From an uncultured delta proteobacterium (lineage in GTDB: Bacteria; Desulfobacterota; Desulfomonilia; UBA1062): DNA of 64,000 nt. The first letter of the stretch is position 1, and the number at the start of each line of letters is the position of its first letter. The notes beneath the pieces are model-generated. The model did not search any database and was not told the DNA's origin. It worked only from the letters and a program-made list of their open reading frames with translations. The DNA lies in assembly GCA_963798485.1 (NCBI GenBank), contig CAWCTR010000005.1, positions 1 to 64,000 on the forward strand. The letters are read 5' to 3'. A program made the translations under genes and the position numbers. Positions 49,641 through 59,800 of this stretch are shown piece by piece.

Positions 49641-50312
49641 ATGCACATCAGTGAAATGTTCGTGGATGTTATTGCCTATGTGGTCTACTTTCTAAAGACC
49701 ACTTCCAAGAGGCAATCGCCCTACGACCAGGTGAGGGCGCGAATCCTTCAACTCCTCTCGGAAAGCCAGAAGAGGTCTGTGGATTTTGTGCCCCAAGATT
49801 ATGATCAGGCGCGTTTCGCCATCTGTGCCTGGATCGACGAGGCTGTCATGAATTCCTTATGGAACGAGAGATCCGCTTGGCAGCGCGAACCCCTCCAGCT
49901 GAAGTTCTATCAGACGACGAATGCCGGCGAGCTCTTTTTCGAACGGCTGAATAACCTTGCAGCGCATCAGAATGATGTCCGGGAGGTGTATTACCTCTGC
50001 CTGGCCATGGGGTTCAAGGGGCGCTACGGCAACGTGGAGGACGGATTCCTGCTGGACCAGCTTAAATCCTCGAACCTTAAGGTCCTCACCGGGGCCTCGA
50101 TAGGTCTCCCTTCTCTCAAAAAGGCGGAGTTGTTCCCTGAGGCCTACCCGGTTGAATCTCAAGAAAAGATATCCTACAAGGCCCCCGGCAGGTTTAATCT
50201 GTTAAGCATCCTCATGGCGGCCTTTCCGGTAGCGCTGTTCGGCGTCCTATACCTCATCTATGCCTTTGTTCTGGGCAATGTGAGCAACACATTGTTCAAC
50301 CTTGTACCATGA
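49641..50312 (+). CDS. tssL: T6SS TssL/DotU
   Basis: ARFAICAWIDE, AGELFFERL, YLCLAMGFKGRY, C-terminal TM. Confidence 0.95.
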   Translation: MHISEMFVDVIAYVVYFLKTTSKRQSPYDQVRARILQLLSESQKRSVDFVPQDYDQARFAICAWIDEAVMNSLWNERSAWQREPLQLKFYQTTNAGELFFERLNNLAAHQNDVREVYYLCLAMGFKGRYGNVEDGFLLDQLKSSNLKVLTGASIGLPSLKKAELFPEAYPVESQEKISYKAPGRFNLLSILMAAFPVALFGVLYLIYAFVLGNVSNTLFNLVP

Positions 50313-53300
50313 TAAAACAAATACTTAAATATACCGTAATCGGATTATCGGCCCTTCTTGTCTGCCTTTTTGTGTTCGGTGTCGTGCTGATCCTCAACTG
50401 GCCCTGGTGGGTGGGCTTCTTCCTCCTTCTGGGTCTCATAGGAATCGGGATTGCCGGATATCTCATCAGGCAGATCTGGATCAAGAAGAAAGAGCAGCAG
50501 TTTGTCAGCCGGATCGTGGAGCAGGACGAGGCGTATATAAAGTCCCTGAAAGACGACGAGAAGAAGCACGTCACCGACCTTCAAGCCCGATTTGCCGAGG
50601 CCGTCGCCGCGCTCAAGGGCTCCCATTTGAAGAAACTCGGCAACCCTTTGTATGTGCTGCCGTGGTATATGGTCATCGGCGAGAGCGCCTCGGGTAAGAC
50701 CACGGCCATCAAGAGTGCGAAGCTCAGTAGCCCCTTTGCCGAGATGACCCAAATTTCAGGCCTTTCCGGGACCAAGAACTGCGACTGGTGGTTCTTCGAG
50801 CAGGCCGTCATCATCGACACTGCAGGCAGGTACGCCATCCCGGTCGACGAAGGCCGCGACAAGGATGAATGGCAGCGATTCCTGAACCTGCTGTCCAAGT
50901 ATAGGAAAAAGGAGCCGCTCAACGGCCTCGTGGTCGCGGTTGCCGCAGACAGGCTTCTCGAAGCAGGTCCCGAGGCCCTGGAAGAGGATGGCCGTCAGAT
51001 CAGGCGCAGGGTGGACGAGCTCATGCGGGTGCTCGGCAGCAAGTTCCCGGTCTATGTCCTGGTGACAAAGTGCGACCTCATCCAGGGCATGACCCAGTTC
51101 TGCGGCCAGCTCGACGATGAGATCCTCCAGCAGGCCTTCGGCGCCATCAACCACGATTTATCCATAGACTATCCGGGTTTTATTGCACGTTCCCTCCATA
51201 CCATCCATGAGCGTCTCACCAAACTTCGCCTCATCATCTTCCATAAGCTGGAAGCCAAGTACCTTGACCCGGCCCTGCTCCTCTTCCCTGAAGAATTTTC
51301 ACGGCTGAAGACAGGGTGCGAGGCCTTCATGAAGGGTGCTTTCCATGTGAACCCCTACCAGGAGACCCCCATGCTCCGCGGCATCTTCTTCAGCAGCGGC
51401 CGCCAGGAGGGCACCCCGTATTCGCATTTCTTAAAGGCCCTGGGCCTCATCGAGGACCGCGAGGTGCTGCCCGGGACGAGCAAGGGGCTCTTCCTCCACG
51501 ATTTCTTTGCCAAGATCCTGCCGAAAGAGCGCAGTCTCTTTGCGCCCACGAAGCAGGCCCTTGCCTGGGACAGGCTCACCGTCAACCTCGGGCTCATGGC
51601 ATGGGTGGCCATCGGTATTGCCCTGTGCGGGATGCTGAGCTTCTCGTTCGTGAAGAACCTCGGGATCATGAGGGGGTTCCCTGCTGAGTTTACCAGGCCT
51701 ATAGAACTCAAGGGCGATATGGGGCAGGACCTGGATACTATGGACCGGTACAAAGGTGCGGTCCTTACGGTCCATGAGAAGAACGGGTCATGGTGGATAC
51801 CGAGGCTGGGGCTGACCGAGAGCAGAGACGCCGAGGCCAGGCTCAAGAAGAACTATTGCACCCTCTTTGATGAACGCTTCCTGGCGCTCTATGACAAGCA
51901 GATCGCCTCGGATATCAAGGGTATCGGCGGGGCTGATCCGCGCCTAGGGGAGTATATCGTATACCTCGTGCACCGCATCAACCTCCTGAAGGCGCGCCTG
52001 AACGGCCAGGACCTGGGCCCCCTCTTGTCGCGGCCCATGGTAGCGCTCTCCTCTGCCGGCCAGAGCCGTCAAGGCGCCAAGAGATTCATGGATCTCTATT
52101 CCTATAGGCTTTTGTGGGAAGAGGACGGGGAAAACCTGAAGAAGGAGTCGGACTACCTTGAAGGCCTCCTCACCGAGGCCATGGACAAGGCCCAGAACCT
52201 CCAGTGGATCACAGCCTGGATAAATGCCGGGGCGCCTGAGGCGGCCGTCACGCTGAAGGGATTCTGGGGGGGCAGCATAAACGCTGCAACCGACGTCAGG
52301 GTCGAACCGGCATTCACCCTTGCCGGCAAGGGCCAGATAGACGCCTTTCTCGTAGATCTCGAGTCGGCCATCACCAATGCGTCCGCCATTTCATCCCGGA
52401 AGACCGAGTTCAATACCTGGTATCGCGATACCTATTGCGAGGCATGGCATGCCTTTGGTCTTGGCTTTGGGAAGGGTATGGAGCGCCTGAACGGCAGCCG
52501 GGAATGGCAGGGCCTTGCAGCAAAGGCTGCATCCAAGGATGGGCTCTATTTTTCCCTACTCAAACGCATGGCCGATGAGCTGAGGCCTTTCAACCAGGAT
52601 CCCATGCCCGAATGGATGCGGTTCGTCTACGAATTCGAAAAGACCCAGGTAGTCGCAACACAGGTGCAGACCGGCGCCTTTGCACAGGCCACGGAGACTG
52701 CATCCAAACTCAAGGAAAAGATCCAGGAGAAGATAGGCAATCAAAAGCCCCTCGATGCCGTGGGCCAGGGGTTTGATGCCGCCCGGGCACTGGGTGAGTA
52801 CCAGGGGGCATTGAATAAAATCGCCTCGGTGGTGACCAAATCGAGGGTTTCGGCGTTCCAGACTGCATCTGCCGCATTCAGCGATGACCCGTCAACCTCG
52901 CCCTTCATGGCTGCACAAAGCGCCAGGAGCAGGCTGAATGCAGCGAGCGGCATCCCTGGCGAGGGTTTGTGGCGGCTTGTCTATGGGCCCTTTGAGTTCC
53001 TCTGGGCATATACCTGCCAGGAGACTGCCTGCCATCTTCAAGGGGCCTGGGAGAAAGAGGTACTGGTGGATGTCCAGGGCATCTCCGATACGAGCCAGCT
53101 TAATCAGCTTCTCTTTTCACCTGAAGGACTTGCGACGAAGTTCATCAAGGGACCTGCCGCGCCCTTTGTAAGCAGGGACCTGAGACGGGGGTATTATGCC
53201 AAAGAGGTTTATAGCAGGTCCATACCCTTTGAGACGTCATTTCTGAGATTTTATTCCGGGGCAAAGGTGGGTCTCCCGGCGGCCGCCATGGCCGCTGCAT

Positions 53301-53752
53301 CGGATAACACCGTTACCGTGAACGGTCTTCCGACCGAGGCCAATGACAACGCACGGGTTCAACCGCATACCACCAGGCTGACACTCCAATGCATGGACCA
53401 GCAGCAGAGCCTTGTGAATATGAACTATCCCGTATCCAAGACCCTCACATGGTCAAACGCCCGCTGCGGGGGTGTTATATTCTCCATCGAGGTCGGCAAT
53501 ATCACGCTGACGAAGAACTATGCAGGGCCTGAGGCCTTTGCCAAATTCCTTCTTGATTTTCCTGGTGGGCAGCACACCTTTTCCCCCGAAGACTTCCCTA
53601 AGGAGAGGGCGGCACTGAGGGGCCTGGGGATAAAGTATATTAAGGTACAGTACCGTTTCAGCGGACAGCAGGCGGTCATCAACCAAGCCAAGCCCTCCAT
53701 GAGCCAGCCCACAACGGTGCCCTTAAAGATTGCCAGATGTACGGCACAGTAA
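50309..53752 (+). CDS. tssM: T6SS TssM/IcmF
   Basis: LYVLPWYMVIG..ASGKTT, CDWWF, DTAGRY, TKCDL. Confidence 0.95.
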   Translation: MIKQILKYTVIGLSALLVCLFVFGVVLILNWPWWVGFFLLLGLIGIGIAGYLIRQIWIKKKEQQFVSRIVEQDEAYIKSLKDDEKKHVTDLQARFAEAVAALKGSHLKKLGNPLYVLPWYMVIGESASGKTTAIKSAKLSSPFAEMTQISGLSGTKNCDWWFFEQAVIIDTAGRYAIPVDEGRDKDEWQRFLNLLSKYRKKEPLNGLVVAVAADRLLEAGPEALEEDGRQIRRRVDELMRVLGSKFPVYVLVTKCDLIQGMTQFCGQLDDEILQQAFGAINHDLSIDYPGFIARSLHTIHERLTKLRLIIFHKLEAKYLDPALLLFPEEFSRLKTGCEAFMKGAFHVNPYQETPMLRGIFFSSGRQEGTPYSHFLKALGLIEDREVLPGTSKGLFLHDFFAKILPKERSLFAPTKQALAWDRLTVNLGLMAWVAIGIALCGMLSFSFVKNLGIMRGFPAEFTRPIELKGDMGQDLDTMDRYKGAVLTVHEKNGSWWIPRLGLTESRDAEARLKKNYCTLFDERFLALYDKQIASDIKGIGGADPRLGEYIVYLVHRINLLKARLNGQDLGPLLSRPMVALSSAGQSRQGAKRFMDLYSYRLLWEEDGENLKKESDYLEGLLTEAMDKAQNLQWITAWINAGAPEAAVTLKGFWGGSINAATDVRVEPAFTLAGKGQIDAFLVDLESAITNASAISSRKTEFNTWYRDTYCEAWHAFGLGFGKGMERLNGSREWQGLAAKAASKDGLYFSLLKRMADELRPFNQDPMPEWMRFVYEFEKTQVVATQVQTGAFAQATETASKLKEKIQEKIGNQKPLDAVGQGFDAARALGEYQGALNKIASVVTKSRVSAFQTASAAFSDDPSTSPFMAAQSARSRLNAASGIPGEGLWRLVYGPFEFLWAYTCQETACHLQGAWEKEVLVDVQGISDTSQLNQLLFSPEGLATKFIKGPAAPFVSRDLRRGYYAKEVYSRSIPFETSFLRFYSGAKVGLPAAAMAAASDNTVTVNGLPTEANDNARVQPHTTRLTLQCMDQQQSLVNMNYPVSKTLTWSNARCGGVIFSIEVGNITLTKNYAGPEAFAKFLLDFPGGQHTFSPEDFPKERAALRGLGIKYIKVQYRFSGQQAVINQAKPSMSQPTTVPLKIARCTAQ

Positions 53753-54438
53753 AACAGACATCCGCGTGGGTCTGGGGGGCATCCGGCAAGCACCCCGTAG
53801 TGAAGGACTATATAAGGCTTGGCCGCCAGACCCCGCTCATAAATGCCTTTTCGCGCTGGATTGAGGAGGGGTACCGGAAGGTGAGCAGTAATACGCCCCG
53901 GCATTCCTGGCGTTTTTTTGCCAAGGGGATGAAGCCTGAAGAGCTGTCCTGCGGGCTCATAAGGGACAGTCATGACGGTGCCGGAAGGCCTTTTCCTCTA
54001 CTCATCATGGGATCAGGCGTGCTGGAAAAATGGGAGCGGAGCTGGGAATATCTCCCTCATGCCCTGTCTGACCTCTGGGAGCGCATGGAATATATCAGCG
54101 CCAAGAGGATCTTCGACCTCTCCGATCTCAAGGGAGAAATCATGCGTCTGCCGGCGCCACCCCTGCCCGAGCGGGAAAAGGTGGTTGATGAATACGGGCC
54201 GAGCCCCATACCGGAGAAGCAAGACGGCATGCTCGCCATACCGCTGTCCGCAGCAGGAGACTACAGTGAGGAGATTGTTCACCTGCTCAGGCGCATTAGT
54301 GAAAGGCAGCATGCAGTGCCGGATGCAGTCTTCATGGGCGGGACGCTTTCGAGGTCATTCCTTGTGGCGTTTTTCAGGTCTGTCGGCGCAGAAGACCTTG
54401 TGAGGTTGTGGAGTGTAGATGAGAATGGTGAATTGTAG
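53737..54438 (+). CDS. tagF: T6SS regulator TagF
   Basis: GKHP..KDY, DSHDGAGRPFPL. Confidence 0.85.
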   Translation: MYGTVKQTSAWVWGASGKHPVVKDYIRLGRQTPLINAFSRWIEEGYRKVSSNTPRHSWRFFAKGMKPEELSCGLIRDSHDGAGRPFPLLIMGSGVLEKWERSWEYLPHALSDLWERMEYISAKRIFDLSDLKGEIMRLPAPPLPEREKVVDEYGPSPIPEKQDGMLAIPLSAAGDYSEEIVHLLRRISERQHAVPDAVFMGGTLSRSFLVAFFRSVGAEDLVRLWSVDENGEL

Positions 54439-54496
54439 GAGCGGCTTCAGCCGCGATAGGTTTTTCTATCGGATAGCGACTGAAGTCGCTCCTACA
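54434..54496. repeat. GTAG-family REP doublet
   Basis: TGTAGGAGCGGCTTCAGCCGCGAT ... AGCGACTGAAGTCGCTCCTACA. Confidence 0.85.
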
Positions 54497-54566
54497 CCTT
54501 AATTTTACCACTAATCACTTTCTTTCCCATATTGATTATGATAGATAAACTCAGAGGTTACTTGAT

Positions 54567-55370
54567 ATGACGGCAAAAGATCTCATGAAGGCAGGCCGTC
54601 TTTCTGATGCCCGCAGGGTATTGATCGAGGAAGTTAAATCTGCACCTACGGATGTGGGCAAGAGGACGCTCCTATTCCAAGTGCTTGCCATGGGCGGTGA
54701 GTGGGATAAGGCCCTGATCCATCTCGATATGATCTCCACCCAGGACCCAAGTAGGACCGTCGGGGCGCATACCTACCTGAACATCATAGAGGCTGAGAAA
54801 GAGAGGCTCAAGGTCGTGCAGCGCATACGGCAGCCCTCAGTCCTTCCCGAGCCCCCCGCATACATCGGAATATATCTGGATTACCTCGACGCCTTAAAGG
54901 CCGGTAAGTTCGCAGATGCGAAGGGCCTCATTGAGGAGATCGAAAAGAATAAACCAATGGTCTCAGGAACGCTTGACTCAAAAAAGTTTGATGGGTTTTC
55001 CGATACCGATGCGCGGCTCTATCCATTCCTTGAGGCATTCGTCCATGAACGTTACGTGTGGATACCCTTCGAGGCCATCCGGGAACTGGTGATCCAGGAG
55101 CCCAGGACGTCTTTTGATCTCATCTGGGTCATGGCGAACATCACCACGTGGGAGGGGCTCACCATGAACTGCTGCCTGCCTGTAGTGTACCCCGAGACCT
55201 TCCTATGCGAAAACGAGCAGGCAAAGCTGGGCAGGCTCACCGATTGGGTGTCTCTGGGCGGTGGTTTCTCCAAGGCTATCGGCCAGCATGTCTTCCAGGT
55301 GGGGGACGAAGAAACGGCCATCCTGGATATCAGGGAAGTTACTTTTCAACTTGAAGGCGGACAACCATGA
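54567..55370 (+). CDS. tagJ: T6SS ImpE/TagJ
   Basis: VKSAPTD..R.LLFQ.L...GEW.KA, DTD.R..P.LE, YVWIPF. Confidence 0.9.
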   Translation: MTAKDLMKAGRLSDARRVLIEEVKSAPTDVGKRTLLFQVLAMGGEWDKALIHLDMISTQDPSRTVGAHTYLNIIEAEKERLKVVQRIRQPSVLPEPPAYIGIYLDYLDALKAGKFADAKGLIEEIEKNKPMVSGTLDSKKFDGFSDTDARLYPFLEAFVHERYVWIPFEAIRELVIQEPRTSFDLIWVMANITTWEGLTMNCCLPVVYPETFLCENEQAKLGRLTDWVSLGGGFSKAIGQHVFQVGDEETAILDIREVTFQLEGGQP

Positions 55371-56644
55371 AGAAAAAGATCTTTGATATGGATGCAATCC
55401 TGGCCCCCATACCCGGAGACAATCCTTCCGGCGAGGATATGCGCTATTCGGCCGTCTACGAGCAGATCAAAGAGGCGAGACGGGCAGATGACCTGCTCGA
55501 TCAGGGTGACTGGCAGCGCGATGTGAAAAAATCCGACTGGGATGTGGTGATCAAGGTATCATCGGAGGCGCTCCAGAAAAAGACCAAGGACCTCCAGATC
55601 GCAACTTGGCTCACCGAGGCCCTGATAAAGAAGGGGGGGTTTGCGGGCCTTTCGGATGGACTTGCCATCATCATGGCATTCATAAACGATTATTGGGATA
55701 CCCTGTATCCCTTGCCTGAGGAGGGAGACCTTGAATACCGGATTGGGCCCCTGGAATTTCTCAACGACAAGATTTCTCCTTCCATCAAGGACATCCCCAT
55801 AACAGAACCCAAGACCACGAACGGCTATTCCTGGCACCAGTGGCAGGAGTCCCGGCAGGGAAAAGCAGAAGAAGGCAAGCTGGCAGCGGAAGATTTCAAT
55901 GCCGCAGTAAGCAAATCCTCAAGGGACTTCTATATAAACCTGGCCAGGGAAACAGATGCATGCATGGATGCCTTTTCAAGGCTGGATGCCCTTGTGGATG
56001 CGAAGTTCGGGCAGGACGCCCCAAGGCTCTCCGAGCTGAAAAAGGCAATTGAGGACTGTGGGCATGTCGTGAATGATATCCTTGCGGGAAAGGGGGGCCG
56101 TCCTGCCGGACCTGGAGATGAAACGGCAGGCGACGACCAGCCCGTAAGCCCGCTACAGGAGGACCGGATGGCAGCTGAACCCGATGGGATGGCCCAGGGC
56201 GGGGCCGGGAAGGTCTCTGCCGCACTCGGGCAGGTAACGGATCAGGGGGATTTCGAAGGGGCCTTATGGAAAGAGGCGCAGGAGACCCTGAAGGCAGCCG
56301 GCATAAAGGCGGCGCTTTCAAAATTGCTCAACGCGTCATACACCGCCTCATCCATACGCCAGCGGAACCGGTACCGGCTCATGATGGCCAACCTTGCCCT
56401 CCAGGCCAAGAGGCCTGACATCTCACGGCCCATCGTAGAAGAGCTCTATGCCCTTATAGGAGAGTTCCATCTTGAAGAATGGGAATCGTCCGTATGGATT
56501 GCCGAGGTGATCGAGGCCTACTTCCAATGCCTTACGGCCGAGGGCTCCCCTGATGAAGACATTTCAAAGGCGTATGGTGAGCTTTATCCGAAGCTCTGTT
56601 CCAAAGATATAACCAAGGCGTTGTCATATAAGAAAGGAGGATAA
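55367..56644 (+). CDS. tssA: T6SS TssA (ImpA_N)
   Basis: LAPIPGDNPSGEDMRY, KTKDLQIA.WL.EA. Confidence 0.92.
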   Translation: MKKKIFDMDAILAPIPGDNPSGEDMRYSAVYEQIKEARRADDLLDQGDWQRDVKKSDWDVVIKVSSEALQKKTKDLQIATWLTEALIKKGGFAGLSDGLAIIMAFINDYWDTLYPLPEEGDLEYRIGPLEFLNDKISPSIKDIPITEPKTTNGYSWHQWQESRQGKAEEGKLAAEDFNAAVSKSSRDFYINLARETDACMDAFSRLDALVDAKFGQDAPRLSELKKAIEDCGHVVNDILAGKGGRPAGPGDETAGDDQPVSPLQEDRMAAEPDGMAQGGAGKVSAALGQVTDQGDFEGALWKEAQETLKAAGIKAALSKLLNASYTASSIRQRNRYRLMMANLALQAKRPDISRPIVEELYALIGEFHLEEWESSVWIAEVIEAYFQCLTAEGSPDEDISKAYGELYPKLCSKDITKALSYKKGG

Positions 56645-56646
56645 AG

Positions 56647-57174
56647 ATGGCTAAGAAAGAGAGTTTGCAGCATACCCTTGACAGGGTGAGGTCCCCCAGG
56701 GTCCAGATCACCTATGATGTGGAGATAGGGGATGCTATCGAGAAGAAGGAGATCCCGTTTGTCGTGGGTGTATTGGGCGACTTTTCCGGCAAGCCTGACG
56801 AACCTCTACCCAAGATGAAAGACCGGAAATTCGTCGAGATCGACCGGGACAACTTCAATAAGGTGCTTGAAGGCATGAAACCCAGGGTGGCGTTCCGTGT
56901 CGATAACAAGCTCGCAAACGACGGTTCCCAGCTGGCCGTTGACCTCCGGTTCAAGTCCATGGACGATTTTCATCCCGAGAACGTTGCGGAGCAGATAACA
57001 CCATTGAAGAAGCTTGTTGAAGCACGGAAGCGTCTTTCCGACCTTCTCACCAAGCTTGACGGCAATGACAAACTCGACGAGCTGCTCCAGGATGTCATCT
57101 CAAATACGGACTCGCTGAAGAAACTCGGTGATGAGGCCGGGGTGGGAACTGCGGAAGAAGACAAGAAGGAATAA
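56647..57174 (+). CDS. tssB: T6SS sheath small subunit
   Basis: PRVQITYDVE, PFVVGVLGDFSG, IDRDNF. Confidence 0.97.
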   Translation: MAKKESLQHTLDRVRSPRVQITYDVEIGDAIEKKEIPFVVGVLGDFSGKPDEPLPKMKDRKFVEIDRDNFNKVLEGMKPRVAFRVDNKLANDGSQLAVDLRFKSMDDFHPENVAEQITPLKKLVEARKRLSDLLTKLDGNDKLDELLQDVISNTDSLKKLGDEAGVGTAEEDKKE

Positions 57175-57190
57175 AGGGGGGGTGAGCTGT

Positions 57191-58678
57191 ATGCCTGATA
57201 AGGAAAAATCAACGGAGCAAGCAAAGGGTGAAGTAGTCCAGGAGGAAAAGGGTCTCCTGGATCAGATAATCGACGAGGGACGCATGGCGCGTGATGAGAG
57301 CCAGCGTGCCCGTGCCAAGGACCTCATCAGCGAGTTTGTCGCCCAGATCACGGAAGGCGCCATGGCCGTGTCCAAAGACACAGAGGCCATGATCAATGCC
57401 AGGATAGCGCAGATAGACAGATTCATCTCCGCCCAGCTCAACGAGGTCATGCACCATCCGGACCTCCAGAAGTTGGAGGCATCGTGGCGCGGGCTGTTTT
57501 ACCTGGTGAATCAAAGCGAGACGGGCGAGACACTCAAGATCAGGGTAATGAACGTCTCGAAAAAGGACCTGCTCAAGGACATGGAGAAGGCATCGGAGTT
57601 CGACCAGTCCATGCTGTTCAAGAAGATCTACGAAGAGGAATTCGGCATGTTCGGCGGCGCCTCATACGGGGCGCTCATCGGCGACTATGAGTTCAGCAAC
57701 CATCCACAGGACCTCTCCCTGCTGGAGAAGGTGTCGCAGGTTGCCGCAGCGGCTCACGCCCCCTTCATCTCCGCCGCCTCTCCCCAGATGTTCAATCTGG
57801 ACAGCTACACCGATCTGGGCCAGCCCCGCGACCTTGCAAAGATCTTCCAGAGCGTGGACTATGCAAAGTGGAAGTCATTCCGTGATTCGGACGACGCCAA
57901 GTACGTGGCGCTGGTGCTTCCCCATACCCTGGGCAGACTGCCCTACGGCCAGGCCACCGAGCCCGTGGAGGCCTTCAACTACGAAGAGGATGTGGACGGA
58001 ACCGATCACAGCAAGTATCTGTGGAGCAATGCGGCATGGGCCTTCGCCACGCGGCTGACCGAGGCCTTTTCCAAATACAGCTGGACCGCTGCCATACGCG
58101 GCGTCGAAGGAGGCGGTTTGGTGTCGGGTCTGCCGGTCCATACCTTCAAGACCGATGAGGGCGATGTGGCCTTGAAGTGCCCCACCGAGATCGCCATCAC
58201 GGACCGGCGGGAAAAAGAGCTTGCAGACCTCGGTTTTGTGCCGCTCGTCCACTGCAAGGGCACCGACTATGCGGCATTTTTCAGCACCCAGTCGGCGAAC
58301 AAACCCAAGAAGTTCAGCAGCGATGCGGCGAACGCAAATGCCCGGATCTCTTCACAGCTGCAGTACATCCTGGCCGTATCCCGGTTCGCCCACTATATGA
58401 AGTCCATCATGCGCGACAAGGTCGGCAGCTTCATGACCCGCCAGAATGCACAGGATTTCCTGAATAAATGGATCAGCCAGTATGTGCTTGGCGATGCGAA
58501 TGCAGGGCAGGAGATGAAGGCGAGATTTCCCTTAAGCGAGGCGCGCATCGATGTGGCAGAGATCCCGGGGAAGCCGGGGGCATACCGGGCCGTGGCCTTC
58601 CTGAAGCCGCATTTCCAGCTCGACGAGCTTTCCGTATCGCTGCGCCTGGTGGCGAATCTCCCGCCCCCGGCCAAGTAA
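57191..58678 (+). CDS. tssC: T6SS sheath large subunit
   Basis: LEASWRGL, AAAHAPF, CPTEIAITDRREKEL, PHFQL. Confidence 0.97.
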   Translation: MPDKEKSTEQAKGEVVQEEKGLLDQIIDEGRMARDESQRARAKDLISEFVAQITEGAMAVSKDTEAMINARIAQIDRFISAQLNEVMHHPDLQKLEASWRGLFYLVNQSETGETLKIRVMNVSKKDLLKDMEKASEFDQSMLFKKIYEEEFGMFGGASYGALIGDYEFSNHPQDLSLLEKVSQVAAAAHAPFISAASPQMFNLDSYTDLGQPRDLAKIFQSVDYAKWKSFRDSDDAKYVALVLPHTLGRLPYGQATEPVEAFNYEEDVDGTDHSKYLWSNAAWAFATRLTEAFSKYSWTAAIRGVEGGGLVSGLPVHTFKTDEGDVALKCPTEIAITDRREKELADLGFVPLVHCKGTDYAAFFSTQSANKPKKFSSDAANANARISSQLQYILAVSRFAHYMKSIMRDKVGSFMTRQNAQDFLNKWISQYVLGDANAGQEMKARFPLSEARIDVAEIPGKPGAYRAVAFLKPHFQLDELSVSLRLVANLPPPAK

Positions 58679-58703
58679 CTTTGGCGGGCTTATCCGCCAA
58701 AGG
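58679..58703 (+). terminator. Hairpin after tssC
   Basis: CTTTGGCGG-GCTTAT-CCGCCAAAG; no U-tract. Confidence 0.35.
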
Positions 58704-58840
58704 CTTATCCGTGAGGCAAGTCGGTCTTGCATCGCCGGTACCTCTGAGGCGGCCCAGGACAGGAACGGGGATCAACGGTTGGTTGAGGCAAGGGCTTTTG
58801 AGAGGTCCTTCATAAAAAGAGAGATCAGGAGGATAGTACG

Positions 58841-59326
58841 ATGGCAGTAGACATGTTCATTAAGGTCGGCGATATCAAGGGAGAGTCAACTGACGCGAAG
58901 CACAAGGGCGAGATCGACGTGCTGGCATGGAGCTGGGGAGTAACGCAGTCCGGCAACATGCACGGCGGCGGCGGAGGAGGGTCCGGGAAGGCGAACGTCC
59001 AGGACCTGTCCTTCACAAAATACGTTGACACAGCCTCCGCAGGGCTGATGAGGGCGTGTGCGATCGGAGATCATATCCCCAAGGCCACCCTGGTTGTGAG
59101 GAAGGCCGGGGGGAAGAGCCCTGTCGAGTATATCAAGATAGAACTGGATGGGCTCATCGTTTCATCGGTTTCGACCGGCGGGTCGGGCGGAGAGGACAGG
59201 CTGACCGAAAACGTCACGCTGAACTTTGCAAAGATCAATTACCAGTACGTGAGCCAGAAGGCGGACGGCAGTCCGGACGCGACGTTCCCATTCTCGTATG
59301 ATATCAAGCAATCCGAAGCTGCGTGA
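58841..59326 (+). CDS. hcp: T6SS tube protein Hcp/TssD
   Basis: IKGES.D..HKGEIDVLAWSWG, FTKYVD.AS, ENVTLNF. Confidence 0.97.
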   Translation: MAVDMFIKVGDIKGESTDAKHKGEIDVLAWSWGVTQSGNMHGGGGGGSGKANVQDLSFTKYVDTASAGLMRACAIGDHIPKATLVVRKAGGKSPVEYIKIELDGLIVSSVSTGGSGGEDRLTENVTLNFAKINYQYVSQKADGSPDATFPFSYDIKQSEAA

Positions 59327-59796
59327 ACAACGAGAACCTCAAGACACAGACATCGGTTCTGGACAGGCTCATGGACTATGAACCAGGCGTTTCACGAGAG
59401 CCTGTGCAGAACCGTTTGGCGGATTACCGGCAGTTGATGGCCTCGGTGAGGAGAGACCTCGAGAACCTGCTCAATACGAAGAACTTCGTATCCTCCCTGG
59501 CCGCCGAGTACAAGGAACTGCAGAACTCACTCTTTGTTTACGGCCTGCCGGATTTCACGGCGCAGAACCCCAAGAATGCATCCGTCAGGGACCAGCTCCG
59601 CCAGGAAGTGGAGATGGCGATCTTGCGGTTCGAACCGAGGATAGCCAATGTCATGGTCGTCAGCGAAACCGATGCCGGCGATTTCAGGACACTCGGCTTC
59701 AGGATCACCGGGTTATTGATGGTCGACCCCATGCCGGAACCCATAACCTTTGACACGCGGTTCGACATCAACAAGGGCGAGTATACCATAAAATAA
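59323..59796 (+). CDS. tssE: T6SS TssE
   Basis: SVLDRL, RRDLENLLNT, YGLPD, FEPR. Confidence 0.95.
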   Translation: MNNENLKTQTSVLDRLMDYEPGVSREPVQNRLADYRQLMASVRRDLENLLNTKNFVSSLAAEYKELQNSLFVYGLPDFTAQNPKNASVRDQLRQEVEMAILRFEPRIANVMVVSETDAGDFRTLGFRITGLLMVDPMPEPITFDTRFDINKGEYTIK

Positions 59797-59800
59797 AATC

